In this document: in pieces, positions 39,257 through 52,235 of the stretch
Layout of the letters: the number at the start of each line of letters is the position of its first letter
How positions within the stretch are numbered: position 1 is the stretch's first letter
DNA from: Neovahlkampfia damariscottae
Lineage: Eukaryota
Assembly (NCBI GenBank): GCA_016618085.1
Contig: JABLTG010000038.1
Span: forward strand, 1-64,000
DNA length: 64,000 nucleotides
Direction of reading: 5' to 3'
Position numbers and translations under genes: made by a program
The notes under the pieces: model-generated
Seen by the model: only the letters and a program-made list of their open reading frames with translations
The model's database searches: none
Told to the model about the DNA's origin: nothing

Positions 39257-40953
39257 ATGTTCAAAACTCTCTTCAAAGAAGCTTCAAAAACTTTTTCTTC
39301 AAAAACAAAATTAGTATTATTAAAAGAAATAGAAAAAACTACTGCGGATTTATTCACTAAACATGAATCCTTTGCAGAGGATTTATTAATTTTAGGTTCT
39401 GAAAAAAAAGACATTGTTTTACACTCCGTTTTAACACAAAATTTCAAAGGAATCACGGAATTTTCAGATGAATTTTATAAAATACTTAAAGTTGCTTCCA
39501 AAAGACAAGAATTAACACGCCAATTTATCATTGAAGCTCTTCAAGAATTAAATCATGGATTTGATGAATTTGACTCAAAATTAATTCATCATGCTTGTTT
39601 AATTTCTTCATTCTATGATAAATTTTATGAATCATGGATTAAAGCTGTTCAAGGAAATAAAGTGTCAGAAAAATTAAATCAATTCATATCAGAAAAAAAA
39701 GAAATTTCGAAAGAATTGTTAAATCCTTATACAATTATTCAATTGAACGAAAAAAATGAATTTCATCATATTGCTTATTCAATTTATTTCAAGAATGAAT
39801 TAACACCAATTGTCAAACAATTAGAATTAATGCTCAAAGACTTGGAAGAATTAAAAAAAACAACAGAACATGAAGCTTATATCAAATTTTTACAACAACA
39901 AAAAACATGTTTTGAAGAAACAGATATTTCAAAATTAGATGCTCAATGGGAAAAATTAGATGATTTATGGATGGATGTTAAATCACCAATCCAAATTGTA
40001 CACGACATTGAAACAGGTAAATCAACAATGGACTAATTTTTTTTTTAATAGGTTATGGTGATCCAACAAGATGTAAATGTATCCCTGATTTTTCATTACG
40101 TTTCATGGATGAAACATTTTTGGAACAAAATAAAACCATTGATGAAATTAAACACATTATGGTTGAGTACTTTAAAAAAAGAGATTCAAAATTTGCAAAG
40201 AATGGAATACACGCCCTTTTGAATTCACATGCAGCAATTTATTATATTCCATTTTGCAGCGGAATGTCATTTCATTTTAGATTTACTGGACAATCTATCC
40301 CAAACAGAGATTCAGTGAAAAATGCAAAAGGAGTCAAGATTTATTTTGATCCAATCAGTTCACAATCAAGAAAAGAAGAAACTACTCGATTGACAAATAT
40401 GGTTTTTTCAAAACCTGATCAACTTGTTTCTCAATTGAGTGAAATAGATACCATTGTTTATTTAGTCGCTGCTCATGAGTTTGGCCATGCAATTTACAAT
40501 CTTGAATGTGTATCAGAATATTTAAGACCTGAATCAAGCAGTTTATTAGAAGAACCAAGAGCTGAATTGACTTCATTGACTACATTGAAGTTGATGTACG
40601 ATGCAAAATTCATCAATGAAGAATCAATGAAAAAAAATTTGTTAAATTTTTGTCTTGATGATTTAAGAAGATATGCAAAATATGATTCATCTGCAACGAG
40701 ACCTTACACTATTTCATCATTGAATTGTTACAAAATTTATGAAAAAACAGGTTATTTAACTTTGAAAAATGATAAAATTGAAATCAATCAAGATAAATCA
40801 GTTGAAGTGTTATCAATCAAATCAGATGAATTTTCTGCATTTTTAGATGCAATTGATGAATTAAATGGTGAAAAAATTGAAAAAATTGGTGACAAAATGC
40901 AAAAAGAATGTGAATTGACAAAATTTTTGATTTCAAAATTATTTGAAAAATAA
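39257..40953 (+). CDS. HEXXH zinc-metallopeptidase-like protein (DPP III/M49- or CiaB-like)
   Basis: AAHEFGH with downstream LLEEPRAE; GQSIPN; WMDVKSPIQIVHDIE; one intron at ~40017-40051. Confidence 0.65.
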
Positions 40954-40983
40954 AATCATTAAAATATTCAATATTTATGACAT

Positions 40984-41599
40984 TTACTTTACAAATGCTT
41001 TCATTTGCATTAAATAACCAAAAGGTTCGTTGTTTTTGTCAAATCTTGTCAGAACCATTTTTGATGAACACTTTATACCGTTCGTAGAGACCATATCTGA
41101 TATATCAACTTGAAAAATTAATTAGATTGTGATAGACTTACATTTCAACTCTTTAGCGTGAGTAGCTACTAAATCTGGAATCACCATTGTTCCAGGATGA
41201 TCTGGATTAAATTTCTCTAAAGTATGAAAACAATTGACACTCAAGAATTCAGAATTAGTTCTTTTAAAAGTTCTTTTGAACGACTCATTGAACCAAAATG
41301 AGTTTCCTTTCAAATCAAAAAGTCCAAAAATTAACTCATCACCTCCAAAAACTTTTTCCAATTTTTCAAACGTATAGTCTGTTCCTTCCAGTTTTTTATT
41401 AATTTTATTTATTAAAATTTCTTGTGACGAGAGGTGTTTTTCAAATTCTGTAGCTTTGAAATTCTTAAATTTCTGTTTGTCCTCTTCATAGAAAACTTTT
41501 TGAAAATTGTTTTTTTTTACCTTTTGGTATTGTTTGAATCCATTTTTTTTTCTTTTCTTTCGATGGATCAACAATGGTAAACGTTAAATTTTTCTTCAT
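40984..41599 (-). CDS. Small PAS/PAC-like domain protein
   Basis: LFDLKGNSFWFNESF PAS-like start and FDKNNEPFGY PAC-like end; introns of 25 and 34 nt. Confidence 0.55.
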
Positions 41600-41738
41600 T
41601 CACAGACAATTGACCAATGAAAAAGATTAATTTTTCATTCTTTTTGTTGTTTATTTTAGAATTTCTTTGAATAGACTCTTCAGAAAAAGTACGATATTAC
41701 GTAGTCAAAGAAAATTGGAGCATTTCATTGGTCCGGAA

Positions 41739-43259
41739 ATGTATCGTCAATTTTTGTCGTTACTCGTGATTGTTTTAACTTTTTGTTTGTGCATAAATTC
41801 TCAAGCAGTAAAGTGCTTCGGAACCAATTTTAATAATGCTGGTGTCTGCGGAGGTCAAGGTAGTTGCGTTGCCACAGACACTTGTGTTTGTAATACAGGA
41901 TATGGAGGGTCTGAATGTACAATATTTAATTGTGGAGGAAAAGATGAAACAAATTCCACTGTCTGCTCATCACATGGCTCTTGTACAGGACCAAACGTTT
42001 GTACATGCGACACCAATTATTACGGAACAGTTTGTTCGAGTTGGAATTGTTCAGGTATAGAAAATTCAAATTCAACGGTTTGCTCATCAAATGGAGAATG
42101 TATAGCACCAAATAATTGTACTTGTAATTCTGGTTTTGTAGGTGACACATGTTCTGAAGCAACACCACAAGCTTCACCACTTGTTTCACCATTGGTTTCA
42201 CCAGTTGCTTCACCTTTATATTCACCAATAAGTTCACCATTTGTTTCACCAATCGTTTCACCAATAATTTCACCAGCTAGTTCACCATCAAACTCACCAG
42301 CTGTATCACCAAAATATTCACCGTTTGTTTCACCATTGGTTTCACCAGTTGCTTCACCTTTGTATTCACCAATAAGTTCACCATTAGTTTCACCCACAGT
42401 TTCCTCATCAGTAAGTTCACCTGTTGTATCACCAACATATTCACCATCAATTTCACCAACAGTTTCAGTGTCACCAGTTGCTTCACCTTCAGTTTCGCCT
42501 GTTGTTTCAAATTCTCCTGGAAATTTACCATCAGTTTCTCCCTCACCAAGTGTTTCACCAGTTGCTTCACCGGCTAGTTCACCATCAAACTCACCAGTTG
42601 GATCACCAAAATATTCACCACTTGTTTCACCATCAATTTCAATTTCACCAAAAACCTCACCATTCACATCTGCTTCGCCATATTTTTCTCCCGTAGTTTC
42701 GCTGAATGCTTCACCGATACCATCATTAGTTGCATCTCCAACACCAAAGAACTCACCTGTAGAAAGTCAACCAATTGCTTCCCCAAAGAACTCTCCAAAG
42801 GTTTCATCAGTACCAAATCCTGGAACATCACCTGTTGCTTCTCCTAAAAATTCACCAATTTCAGACCCGAAAATGTCACCAAGAGCTTCGTTTGCACCAA
42901 ATCCTAGTCCTGTCAGTTCACCAAATTCATCACCAAGAGTATCAACTGGGGTGAAAATGTCACCAAAATACTCACCTTTGGTTTCACCGTCAACTTCCAC
43001 ATCTGTAACTCAACTGACTAATCCTTCATCTACATTGAGTGGAGGTGATGTTGCTTTGATAGTCATTGGGATTTTTGGAGGATCAACTGGAGGAACAGCT
43101 CTGTTTTTGATATTAATAATATTGATTGGAGGGGTGATTCTAGCTTTAATTTATTTTTTAGTTCAAAAATTTACTCAATCACAATCTCCATTGAACACAA
43201 AAAATGCAAAAATGATGGCACAAGCAGAAGATGGTATGAACGAAATGTATATGGTATAA
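41739..43259 (+). CDS. Type I membrane protein: signal peptide, 3 EGF-like repeats, SP-rich stalk, TM helix
   Basis: VCSSHGSCTGPNVCTC EGF units, ~280 aa of SPxx, hydrophobic C-terminal segment. Confidence 0.88.
   Translation: MYRQFLSLLVIVLTFCLCINSQAVKCFGTNFNNAGVCGGQGSCVATDTCVCNTGYGGSECTIFNCGGKDETNSTVCSSHGSCTGPNVCTCDTNYYGTVCSSWNCSGIENSNSTVCSSNGECIAPNNCTCNSGFVGDTCSEATPQASPLVSPLVSPVASPLYSPISSPFVSPIVSPIISPASSPSNSPAVSPKYSPFVSPLVSPVASPLYSPISSPLVSPTVSSSVSSPVVSPTYSPSISPTVSVSPVASPSVSPVVSNSPGNLPSVSPSPSVSPVASPASSPSNSPVGSPKYSPLVSPSISISPKTSPFTSASPYFSPVVSLNASPIPSLVASPTPKNSPVESQPIASPKNSPKVSSVPNPGTSPVASPKNSPISDPKMSPRASFAPNPSPVSSPNSSPRVSTGVKMSPKYSPLVSPSTSTSVTQLTNPSSTLSGGDVALIVIGIFGGSTGGTALFLILIILIGGVILALIYFLVQKFTQSQSPLNTKNAKMMAQAEDGMNEMYMV
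42170..42995 (+). repeat. 12-bp-period TCACCA-rich coding repeat (SPxx) with a larger internal duplication
   Basis: VSPLVSPVASPLYSPISSP present twice; SPASSPSNSP and SPKYSP recur. Confidence 0.85.
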
Positions 43260-43396
43260 TTTATAAATAAATCATTGATTTATCAAAGAAATCAAGTTAT
43301 TTCCAACCGTTCCTGAAAATCAATGAGATTATGATGGAGCAAATTCTAAGAATTTGAATTATTTCTTCCACATCCAATTCTCCGAAAAATCCACCA

Positions 43397-44939
43397 ATGA
43401 TTTCTCTCCTTAATTTGTTGTTGATCTTTTTATCACTCATTGTTGTAGTATGGGTTGTTTATTGGACTGATTTAATACTATGGTGGAGTGACCCAATAAT
43501 TGTACCACCTGAAGTTTTCTTGAGATATCAAAAAGAAACACCAAAAAGTAAGGAAAAAAACAAACCAATAAAAATAATTAGTTAAAGATGAAAGTGAAAA
43601 AACATGTGTTGTTGGAAGCGGATTTTCTGGGCTTGCAGTTTGTGGATCATTAAAAAGACATGGAATTCCATTTGATTGTTTTGAAAAAAACGATAAAGTA
43701 ACAGAAAAAAACGTATAACAAAATAGATTGGTGGAAATTGGTACTCTGGTGTTTATAACTCAACACACATCATATCTTCTAAATTAACAACTGAATACAA
43801 AGATTATCCGATGCCAAAAGAATATCCTGATTTTCCTTCTTCTATTCAAATGATCAAATACTTAAATGATTATTGTGATCATTTTAAGTTTAGAGAAAAC
43901 ATTTCTTTGAATACAGAAATTTTGAATTGTGAAAAATTGAAAGATGATAAATGGGAAGTTGAATTCAAGTCCAATGGAAAAATTGAAAAAAAAATTTATA
44001 AATCTTTAATCATTTGCAATGGTCATCATTGGAATAAAAGAATTCCAAAAATAGAAGGAAATTTTACAGGTGATATTTTACATTCAAAAGATTATAAATC
44101 ACCAGAAATTTTACATGGAAAAAGAGTTTTAGTTGGTAAGAATCAATAAATTTTGACAAAAAGTTGGAGGAGGTAATAGTGCTTGTGATATTTGCGTTGA
44201 GAGCGCAAAACATAGTTTTTCAACGGATATTAGCTTAAGAAGGGGATATTGGTTTTTACCAAGATTAATGTTTGGCATACCAATGGTTGAAATGGTCAAA
44301 CCTTTTATGCCATTATTCTTTCAAAGAATTTTGATTAAATTGATAATGAAAGTTGTTGTAGGTAATTTTGAATCTTATGGATTGGAAAAACCAGATCATG
44401 ATGTATTTGAGCATCATCCAACAATAAATTCTGAGTTACTTCATTTAATAAAATTAGGAAAAATAAAACCAATTAAGGAAATCGAAAGATTTGATAAAAA
44501 TGGTTCAAAAGAAATCACATTTAAAGATGGAACAAAAAAAGAATTTGATGTTATTATATTTTGTACTGGATATAATTCTGCTATTCCAATGATGAAAAAT
44601 TATATCGACTATAAAGATGGAATTCCACAATTAGTTTCAGGTGCATTCTTAAAAGGAATCAAGAATTTCTATTATGTTGGATTAGGTCAACCAAGATATG
44701 GAGCAGGTCCATTACTAACTGCTGGATCAGATTTAATTGCAAAAGTTATTTTACTTCAAGATTATTTGACTGATGATTTTGGCACTATATTAACAAAGAA
44801 ATTTGGAATCAAGCCATATAGAAGAGGAAATAAATCTGCTGATGTATTAATTGATCCACATACAATGTATAAACAATTGATGACAATGAGATATTTGTTG
44901 ATATTTTACATCAAATACTGGACTAATATTAAACTTTAA
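43397..44939 (+). CDS. Flavin-containing monooxygenase
   Basis: VVGSGFSG, IGGNW, ICNGHH, FTGDILHSKDY, VGGGNSACD, FCTGY. Confidence 0.92.
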
Positions 44940-46204
44940 TTTTTTGGCTTTAAATGGAAAAATCTCCTCATTTGGTCATAAATTCCAAAACTTGTTGCGC
45001 AAACAGGTATTGATTTACATAACATTGCAGTGTATCCTCGATAAAATCCGCGAATTCCTTGGTTTTTAAATACCTTTCGAATTAAATCCATTGGAGTTTT
45101 GAATTTTTCTCCTTTTCCATCGAGTTGCATATTTCTGACTATCACATCCATCGGATATGTTACTGTTTGTGCACATGTACCAGAAATAACACCTGATACG
45201 ATGCTGTGAAATACACTGTTATACCCTTTCTCTTGAAATTTGTCAACACATTCTTCAAATATTGTGAAATTAATAGCCAAATTTGGGAAACTTTGAAACA
45301 AAGAAATTACAGATCCTCTATAAAATGCCTTCATTCCTTCTTCTTTTCGAATTTTATTGAATGTATGAATGATTCCTTTGTATTTTATTTCATTTGATGT
45401 TTGAGCTGCCAATCTTGTCCTGATGACATCAACTGGATACACTAGTATCAAAGATATAGGTCCAGATAGTCCACCTGCCATTAATCTCGCATTTCTTCCA
45501 TTAATACTTTTGTCATAAGGCATCAACATTTTTTTGATTTGCTCATAAACCAAATAACAAATTCCTGAATAAGGTATTGATCTAACTACATCGGCTAAGT
45601 TTCCACGAAAAAAACCTGATAAACCTTCTTCTTTCAAAATCTTTTTTGCCCATCCAAAATTGGTCAATGCAGATCCTTTTCCAGAAGAACGAAATTCATG
45701 AGTTTGTTGAAGTGTTGTAATTCTAGATAAAGGAGATCCTACTGTTTTTGAACAAGCACCAGCAATTCCACCAGCAATAAATACTTTTAATTGATAAAAA
45801 TTATCATTCTTTTGTTGTAGATTTAATTTTATTTTGAAATCAATCAATGGTGCTAATTTCCAATATTTTCCTGATATTTCCAGAGAAGTATCATCTAATT
45901 TTTTTTCAAGTTGTTCCCATTTGATATTTGAGTTTTCATTTTCTATTTGTATCTTTAGCAGTTCATTGAAAGAATTTTCAACCAAAATTATTCCTTCTTT
46001 TGAATTGATGTATTTTTTGTTTTCTGTTTTATTTTCACTTGTTAATTGAATGTAGATTTCTTTGATCATTTTTTTCAATTGTTCTTCTTCATTGCTTTCA
46101 TAAGAGTCAAAAATTCTTTTTATTTCTTTTTTGTTGAATTTTTTTTTATGCATCAGAGAAGTGAAAACATTTGCTTTTTCATTTGAATTTGTTTGTTCAG
46201 ACAT
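44936..46204 (-). CDS. Mitochondrial carrier (SLC25) with N-terminal extension
   Basis: Three carrier repeats PLSRIT / PVDVIRTRL / PMDVIVRNM; stop overlaps the FMO stop. Confidence 0.88.
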   Translation of the reverse strand: MSEQTNSNEKANVFTSLMHKKKFNKKEIKRIFDSYESNEEEQLKKMIKEIYIQLTSENKTENKKYINSKEGIILVENSFNELLKIQIENENSNIKWEQLEKKLDDTSLEISGKYWKLAPLIDFKIKLNLQQKNDNFYQLKVFIAGGIAGACSKTVGSPLSRITTLQQTHEFRSSGKGSALTNFGWAKKILKEEGLSGFFRGNLADVVRSIPYSGICYLVYEQIKKMLMPYDKSINGRNARLMAGGLSGPISLILVYPVDVIRTRLAAQTSNEIKYKGIIHTFNKIRKEEGMKAFYRGSVISLFQSFPNLAINFTIFEECVDKFQEKGYNSVFHSIVSGVISGTCAQTVTYPMDVIVRNMQLDGKGEKFKTPMDLIRKVFKNQGIRGFYRGYTAMLCKSIPVCATSFGIYDQMRRFFHLKPKN

Positions 46205-46318
46205 TGATGAAAAAAAAGGTGTTGATTCGTTGACAATTTTCAACCACACATAAAACGTCGGATAAACGGAGAATTTAAAAATCTAAAAATATCAAGATTA
46301 TTGATTGGATCATAAAAG

Positions 46319-47874
46319 ATGTTTTTTCAAATTGTTCTTGTAGCACTGATTGCAATTACTGTACTATTTTTGTATATCCAATACAAACAATATTCAAGAC
46401 AAATAACAAACCCAACCACTGGCAAAACCATCCCTTTAGTCAGAGGCTTTGTTGGATTCATAATTTCTTTATTTTTACCATCTGACGAACATCAAGGATT
46501 AATAACTACCAAATATCATCAAAAACATGGAGACATAATTACATTATATTCACAATTCCAACATGTTGTATCAGTTGCTTCACCAGAATATGCCAAATTA
46601 GTATTGACAGATTCAAAAACATTTTCAAAACCAAATTTTAAAATTGACATGAATAGAGAGTTCCAAAAGTTGATGAATTCAAAAAATGTCTTTATGGTCA
46701 GCGGAGAAGATTGGAAACGTCATAGAACTTCAATCAATCCTGGTTTTTATGATTTATCAATTTACGCTCAACAAATCATCGAAAAAACAAATATTTCAAT
46801 GGAATGCATTAAAAAAGAATCAAAAATTGCAGATGTACATGATATTCTTCAACAATTGACTTTGTAAAAAAAATTAGTTTTCTAACCAGATAGAGATATT
46901 TTAGGAGTGACAATTTTTGATCATGATTTTGATTCAATGAGAGGATCACTTGGGAAAGATTTACAAGCATATAATGAAGTCATGTCAATCATTTTGAATC
47001 CAAAAAATATGGTCTATTTGATGTTTACAAAATATTTCCAAGATTCAAACTCATTTCAAAAGGAGTTATCAAAAAATGCGCAAGTTCTCTTAAAGTTGAT
47101 ATCAAATTTAATCAAAGAATCACAAGAAAGACTTGAAAAAGGAGGAAAAGCAACAACAATGTTGGATTTTATGATTGAATCTCATTTGAATGAAGAATTA
47201 AGCGAAGTTGAGTTAATTTCAAATGTATTCATCTTTTTTATCGCTGGACATGAAACGTAAGTGACACATCAATTTAAATTATTAGAACTGCTAAATCTCT
47301 TTCATTCGCCTTGTATCTTTTGGCAAAACATCCAGAGATTCAAGAAAAAGCTAGAAAAGAAATAAATGAAGTTTTAGAAGGAAAACAATGTGACTATGAA
47401 TCTTGTTCAAAATTGAAATACCTTTCAATGGTGATTAAAGAAGGTATGAGGCTCTATGGACCAGCTGATTTTGCTGATCGTCTGACAACAAAAGAAGTGG
47501 TTCTTGGAGGCTATAAAATCCCAAAGAATCAAAGAGTACAAGTCTCTACAACTGCAATTCATCATGTTTGACATATTTATACGATCTAACTTTTTTAGTC
47601 TCCTACCATTTATGAAAACCCTGATGAATTCATTCCTGAAAGATGGGAGAAAAAAATTCCAAATTTTGCTTGGATTCCTTTCTCAGCAAGTTCAAGAGTA
47701 TGTGTTGGAAATAATTTTTCATTGTTAGAACAAAACATCTTCTTGGCAACTATTTTACAAAAATTCAAATTTGAACCAACTAATAAAAATGCAAAAATTT
47801 CGATAAATCCAAACAATAGAGTAATGGGACCAAATGCAATAGAATTAAAGTTTCAAGAAATTGATCAAAAATAA
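46319..47874 (+). CDS. Cytochrome P450
   Basis: AGHETTA, KEGMRL, PERW, FSASSRVCVG heme loop; 3 introns. Confidence 0.93.
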
Positions 47875-47904
47875 AAAATTCTTCAAAACCACTAAAATGT
47901 TTAT

Positions 47905-49161
47905 TTAGAAAATAAAATTTAGATCCTCCAATTTGTTGTAAATTTTTGATGTTCTTGACATGATTTCATTGTTTGTTTTGATAAATTCAAAAAGAAAGTC
48001 TTTGGGAGATATCCAAACATCAGAAGTTGTATTTTCATATCTGTATTTCGGATGATTTGTTCCATGATGTAAACCACAATAAGATGCACCATATTCATTA
48101 TAATCTTTGATATTGAACCATCCTTTTGATTCATCAAGAGCAGAAGTCAAAATTTTTGCTCCTGAAAAAGTGTCATTTGGATCAAATTGATGAACATTTA
48201 CATCTGATTTTTTGGACATCTCTTGACTTAGTCTTACATCAAAATTCGGAAATAATGTTGACCTTCCATGAAGAACCACATTTGAGAGTAATTCCTTTTG
48301 AATGAATTTTGGACAATTTGAAATGGATTTTTCAACAGATTCATGAATTGCAATGGAATTTTTATCAATCATATTAGGTTTAAATAAAGGTTCAACAGAT
48401 TCAAACAATTCATTTCCTGGAAAAATTAATTCAAAGACAATCTTACCCAATGGAATCACATTTCCATCTGGAAGTTCATACCAAGTTTCTTGTTTGTTCA
48501 TTTCATCACCATTATTCAACGAAGTAAAACACATTTTTTCTTTTATATCGTTCACAACTTCTCTTTCTGCAGTGGTGGTAAAATAAAAGCCTTTCTTATG
48601 CAACAATTTTGAAAAGTACTCTGTAAGATTTCTGCCACCAAAAGAAGCCGATACGTATTGTTCTATTAATGGATATCCATCATAAATTGGAATTATATTT
48701 GGTCTGGATGCTCCAATTGAAACCGCTAATCCATTAACTCTTCCTGTTCCATATAAAGTAAGTACTTCTGAAGGTATTGAATATAGATTTTCAATTGAAA
48801 ACTTTTCAAAAAGTATTTGTGAATTCGTTTGCCTGTGAATCTCTGTGTTTCCAATGTTTTCATTTTGAATTAAAGAAATATTTTTTTCATTTGTTGAAAG
48901 TTGAGAAAAAACGTCTTTTAGAATATTTTCATAACCATTAAAATCTTCAATAATACCATCTCTAACAGGGTATGTGATTTTTAAAATTCCTCTTTTACTA
49001 CAAGCTTCTTGAGAGACATACATATCTTTCAAATTATTGGAAAAGAGAATTGAAGGATGTCTTGGTGAGCCAATGATTGATTTTTGGAATATAGTCGCAG
49101 TTTCATTATGAAGGTTACCAGCTTGTGTGTTTTCACTTCCAATGTCAACAAAAAAATTCAT
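47905..49161 (-). CDS. Divergent actin/actin-related protein with C-terminal extension
   Basis: GSPRH, SKRGILKITYP, FTTTAEREVVNDIKEK, YELPDG; ATG 49161. Confidence 0.85.
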   Translation of the reverse strand: MNFFVDIGSENTQAGNLHNETATIFQKSIIGSPRHPSILFSNNLKDMYVSQEACSKRGILKITYPVRDGIIEDFNGYENILKDVFSQLSTNEKNISLIQNENIGNTEIHRQTNSQILFEKFSIENLYSIPSEVLTLYGTGRVNGLAVSIGASRPNIIPIYDGYPLIEQYVSASFGGRNLTEYFSKLLHKKGFYFTTTAEREVVNDIKEKMCFTSLNNGDEMNKQETWYELPDGNVIPLGKIVFELIFPGNELFESVEPLFKPNMIDKNSIAIHESVEKSISNCPKFIQKELLSNVVLHGRSTLFPNFDVRLSQEMSKKSDVNVHQFDPNDTFSGAKILTSALDESKGWFNIKDYNEYGASYCGLHHGTNHPKYRYENTTSDVWISPKDFLFEFIKTNNEIMSRTSKIYNKLEDLNFIF

Positions 49162-49192
49162 CAATGATTGGACAAATATTTTAGAAGCTTTA

Positions 49193-49864
49193 TTAAAATA
49201 AATTGTGCTTTGAAGTATCAATTTTGTTATCTCTAAAATATTTAACACCTCTTGAAAAATCACCAATAATTTGAGAAGGCATTACATAAGCAGCTTTTGA
49301 AATAATCCATCCAGGTACCCAACCATTTAAATTCAATTGATTAATGTAAACTAATGTTGTTTTATCGCCATTTTTACGAATTTTACAACATTGAATGACT
49401 ATTTCTCCTCTTACAAAATCGTTTGTTGGTTTTTTATATTCATCTGAAACACTTTTAAAAAAAACATCATATCCATTTTCAACTTTTACGAATTTTCTTT
49501 TGACAACGAAATCTCTCATAGATAACATTGAGAATGGAAAATGAATTCCGTTATGTTCAATATCTACATTTTTCTCTCTTTTGAGTTTTTTAATTTTTTT
49601 TTTTTTTTACACTTGTTCTAAAATTTTGCAAAAACCAAATTGTTTGTCATTCCATTTCATTCTGTATTCTGTTTCCCATAAGACAAATAGTAATTCTTCT
49701 GGTGTACAATCCAAAACTGCTTCAAATTTAAAACATTCAATATCTGTTTGTTTGAAAACTTGTTTGTTCCAAATTTTAATGTCTTGTGAGATTGAAACTT
49801 CTTTCCATCCTTGTAATGTTTCTAATTCTTTTTTTGCAATTTCAACAACTTGGTCAAAGCTCAT
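49193..49864 (-). CDS. START-domain lipid-binding protein
   Basis: RMKWND, SMRDFV, VRGE, NLNGWVPGW. Confidence 0.85.
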
Positions 49865-50027
49865 TATTTGAAGTAACCGTTCGAGATATTTGTGATATTC
49901 TTATTGGTCAGGAGAAAATTGTAGTATTTACCCGAAATTCAGAAAAAAAAAAGAAATAATATTCACTCAGATTTCATTTTAACAAAAAGATTTCAGATCA
50001 AGTTTTAATCATCCAATCAAATCTTTA

Positions 50028-51741
50028 TTAATCTTTTCCTGTGATGAATGGATGTTCCAAAAGAATATCAGTAGTCGGACGATTTTCTGGGTAACTAAAA
50101 TCAATTGAATCAAAAAAAAATATTTCAACTTACAATTGAAGACATGCTTCAAGAAACCCTTTCGCATTTTTCGATAATCCTTTTGGAATTTGTAATTGTA
50201 CATTTTCATTTTTTCTCCAATTCATAAATTGAAAAGGTGTATTATATTTTGGAATATCTTCATAAAAAGGAACATTTCCTGTTAACAATTCCAACACTGT
50301 ACATCCTAATGAATAAATATCCGATTTGATTGAATAATTTGAAGAAGAAATAACTTCAGGAGCCATAAAATTAGGAGTTCCACATAATAATTTGTTTTGT
50401 TTCAATTCATTTGTCAACATTTCAGCAGATCCAAAATCTAAAATTTTTTAGGAATATTCAAAAAAACCTGATAAACAACAATGGCCATTTGAATCCAATA
50501 AAACATTGCCTGTTTTAACATCTCTATGTAAAATATTTCTGGAATGAAGATAATTCAAACCATGTAAAATTTGATATGTGTAATTTCTGACCACATTTTC
50601 AGGTAACATGTATGAATGACATTTTGATTCCAATGAACCACCTGACATGAATTCCAAGAAGAAACATAAAGTTTCTTCATTTTTTTCAAATCCTAAATAC
50701 CTAACGATATTTGGATGATCCAAAGTTGATAAAAGTTTAATTTCTGATTGTAGAGCTCCATAAATCTTTGATTTTTCATTCACATTATTTAAATTGATTT
50801 CCTTCACTGCAAATAAAGTTCCAGTTTCTTGATTTAAACCTTCATAAACTTTGGCAAATCCTCCTGATCCTAATATTTGTCCTTTTTGCCATTGAAGTAT
50901 ACTTTGAGTTCTTTTCAAGTTTTTTGGTTGTTCTAAGTGTAATTTTGGTTCAATTTTTTTTATTTTCAAAAAATTTAAAAATATCTTCAAATCATCATCT
51001 GAATAAATAGAAACCAGTTCATCTTCTGAATCTTTGTATTTTATAATTCTAGATCCAAATTCATTGGTCAATCTTTTGTTTAATGATTCAAAATCTTCAT
51101 CAACTCTTAAGATTCTATTTCTTTTTTCTTCATCTACATATAATTGTATTCTAAATTCTTTTTCTATTTCTTCTTCAAGTTCTGCTTGTTCTTTTTCTTC
51201 TGTTTCTACCAGTTCAATTTTGAAGTAATAAGAACTACGATTCCAAAAGTTTGATTTATTGTAAAAAATCATTTCTAGTGTACCTCTTGCTTTTGGATTA
51301 TCTGAGTCATTTGTAAAATTGAACTCAGTTGAGTATTCAGCATGTTTATAGCCACCAGTTCCATATAGGATTCTATTACAATCTAGAATTGTTTTTTTCG
51401 TCCTTGCATTTTTTACAGTCATGTCTACTTTGAATTTTCCGTTGCTCAGAGACTTCAAAAGGATGTTATATTTTCCATATTTTTTAATCTTTGAAACGTT
51501 CAGAATGAGTTTTTTTGTTTACGTCAATAATGATATGTCTTTGTTTTTGTTCATCTAAGGTATCTTGTTCTTCAGACAAAAAAGTTTTTTCGTCTTCAAT
51601 TGTGTCTTTCAAAGAATTTTAAATTTAAATTTTTTTTTTACTATAAGACCTGTCAACTTTAGAAGAAGAAGATACGACAGCTATTTCAGCACTATCAAGT
51701 TTTGAATCACCTAAGGAATCAAAACTGCTCAGTTTAATCAT
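50028..51741 (-). CDS. MAP3K (STE11/MEKK-like) with PB1 domain
   Basis: IKYKDSEDELVSI..DDDL PB1; WQKGQILGSGGF, HRDVKTGN, GTPNFMAPE. Confidence 0.9.
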
Positions 51742-51838
51742 GAAAGGTAGACACGTCACAATTGTGAAATTGACCAATAAAATCTTTGGTTCAATTTAAG
51801 TTTGCACAATTTTTGACAAAGAATTTTTTATTTAATAA

Positions 51839-51993
51839 GACTCTTGGACAATTAGTGTCTTTATAAGAATAAATATTATTTTCAAGTTGAAGAATGGTGT
51901 TTCAACCGAACAAGTGTTCTTTTCAAATGTAACACTACTCATCAGACAATGAGTACGTCAATAGACAATAAGTCTATCACAAAACAATAAATC
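51839..51993 (+). repeat. Left terminal inverted repeat
   Basis: GACTCTTGGACAATTAGT...; 19 mismatches in 155 nt against the right TIR by hand alignment. Confidence 0.92.
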
Positions 51994-52235
51994 TGTCTTT
52001 TTAACAATAAATGAATCATCAACAAATGAGAAACTCTTTGCCTACGAAGTCCTGGTATTACCTATAGCAACACTCTTCAAGTTTATGAGTGGTGTTATTA
52101 TTGAAACTCCATTTTTGGGGAATAAAATTCTTTGTTTCTTTTTCTTACATTTTTATTACTTTCTCTATTTCCAATTCTTCATCAGCACAATTCCAGTTGA
52201 TCAAATCATTTAACGGAATATCTAAATATAATATT

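Noticed and set aside
42020..43000. Long antisense GE-rich ORFs and possible repeat array
   Set aside because: Mirror of the SPxx coding repeat; no constant repeat with unique spacers, so not CRISPR
49161..49266. Overlap between the actin-like ORF and the START gene
   Set aside because: ORF caller used an upstream non-ATG start; the likely ATG is 49161
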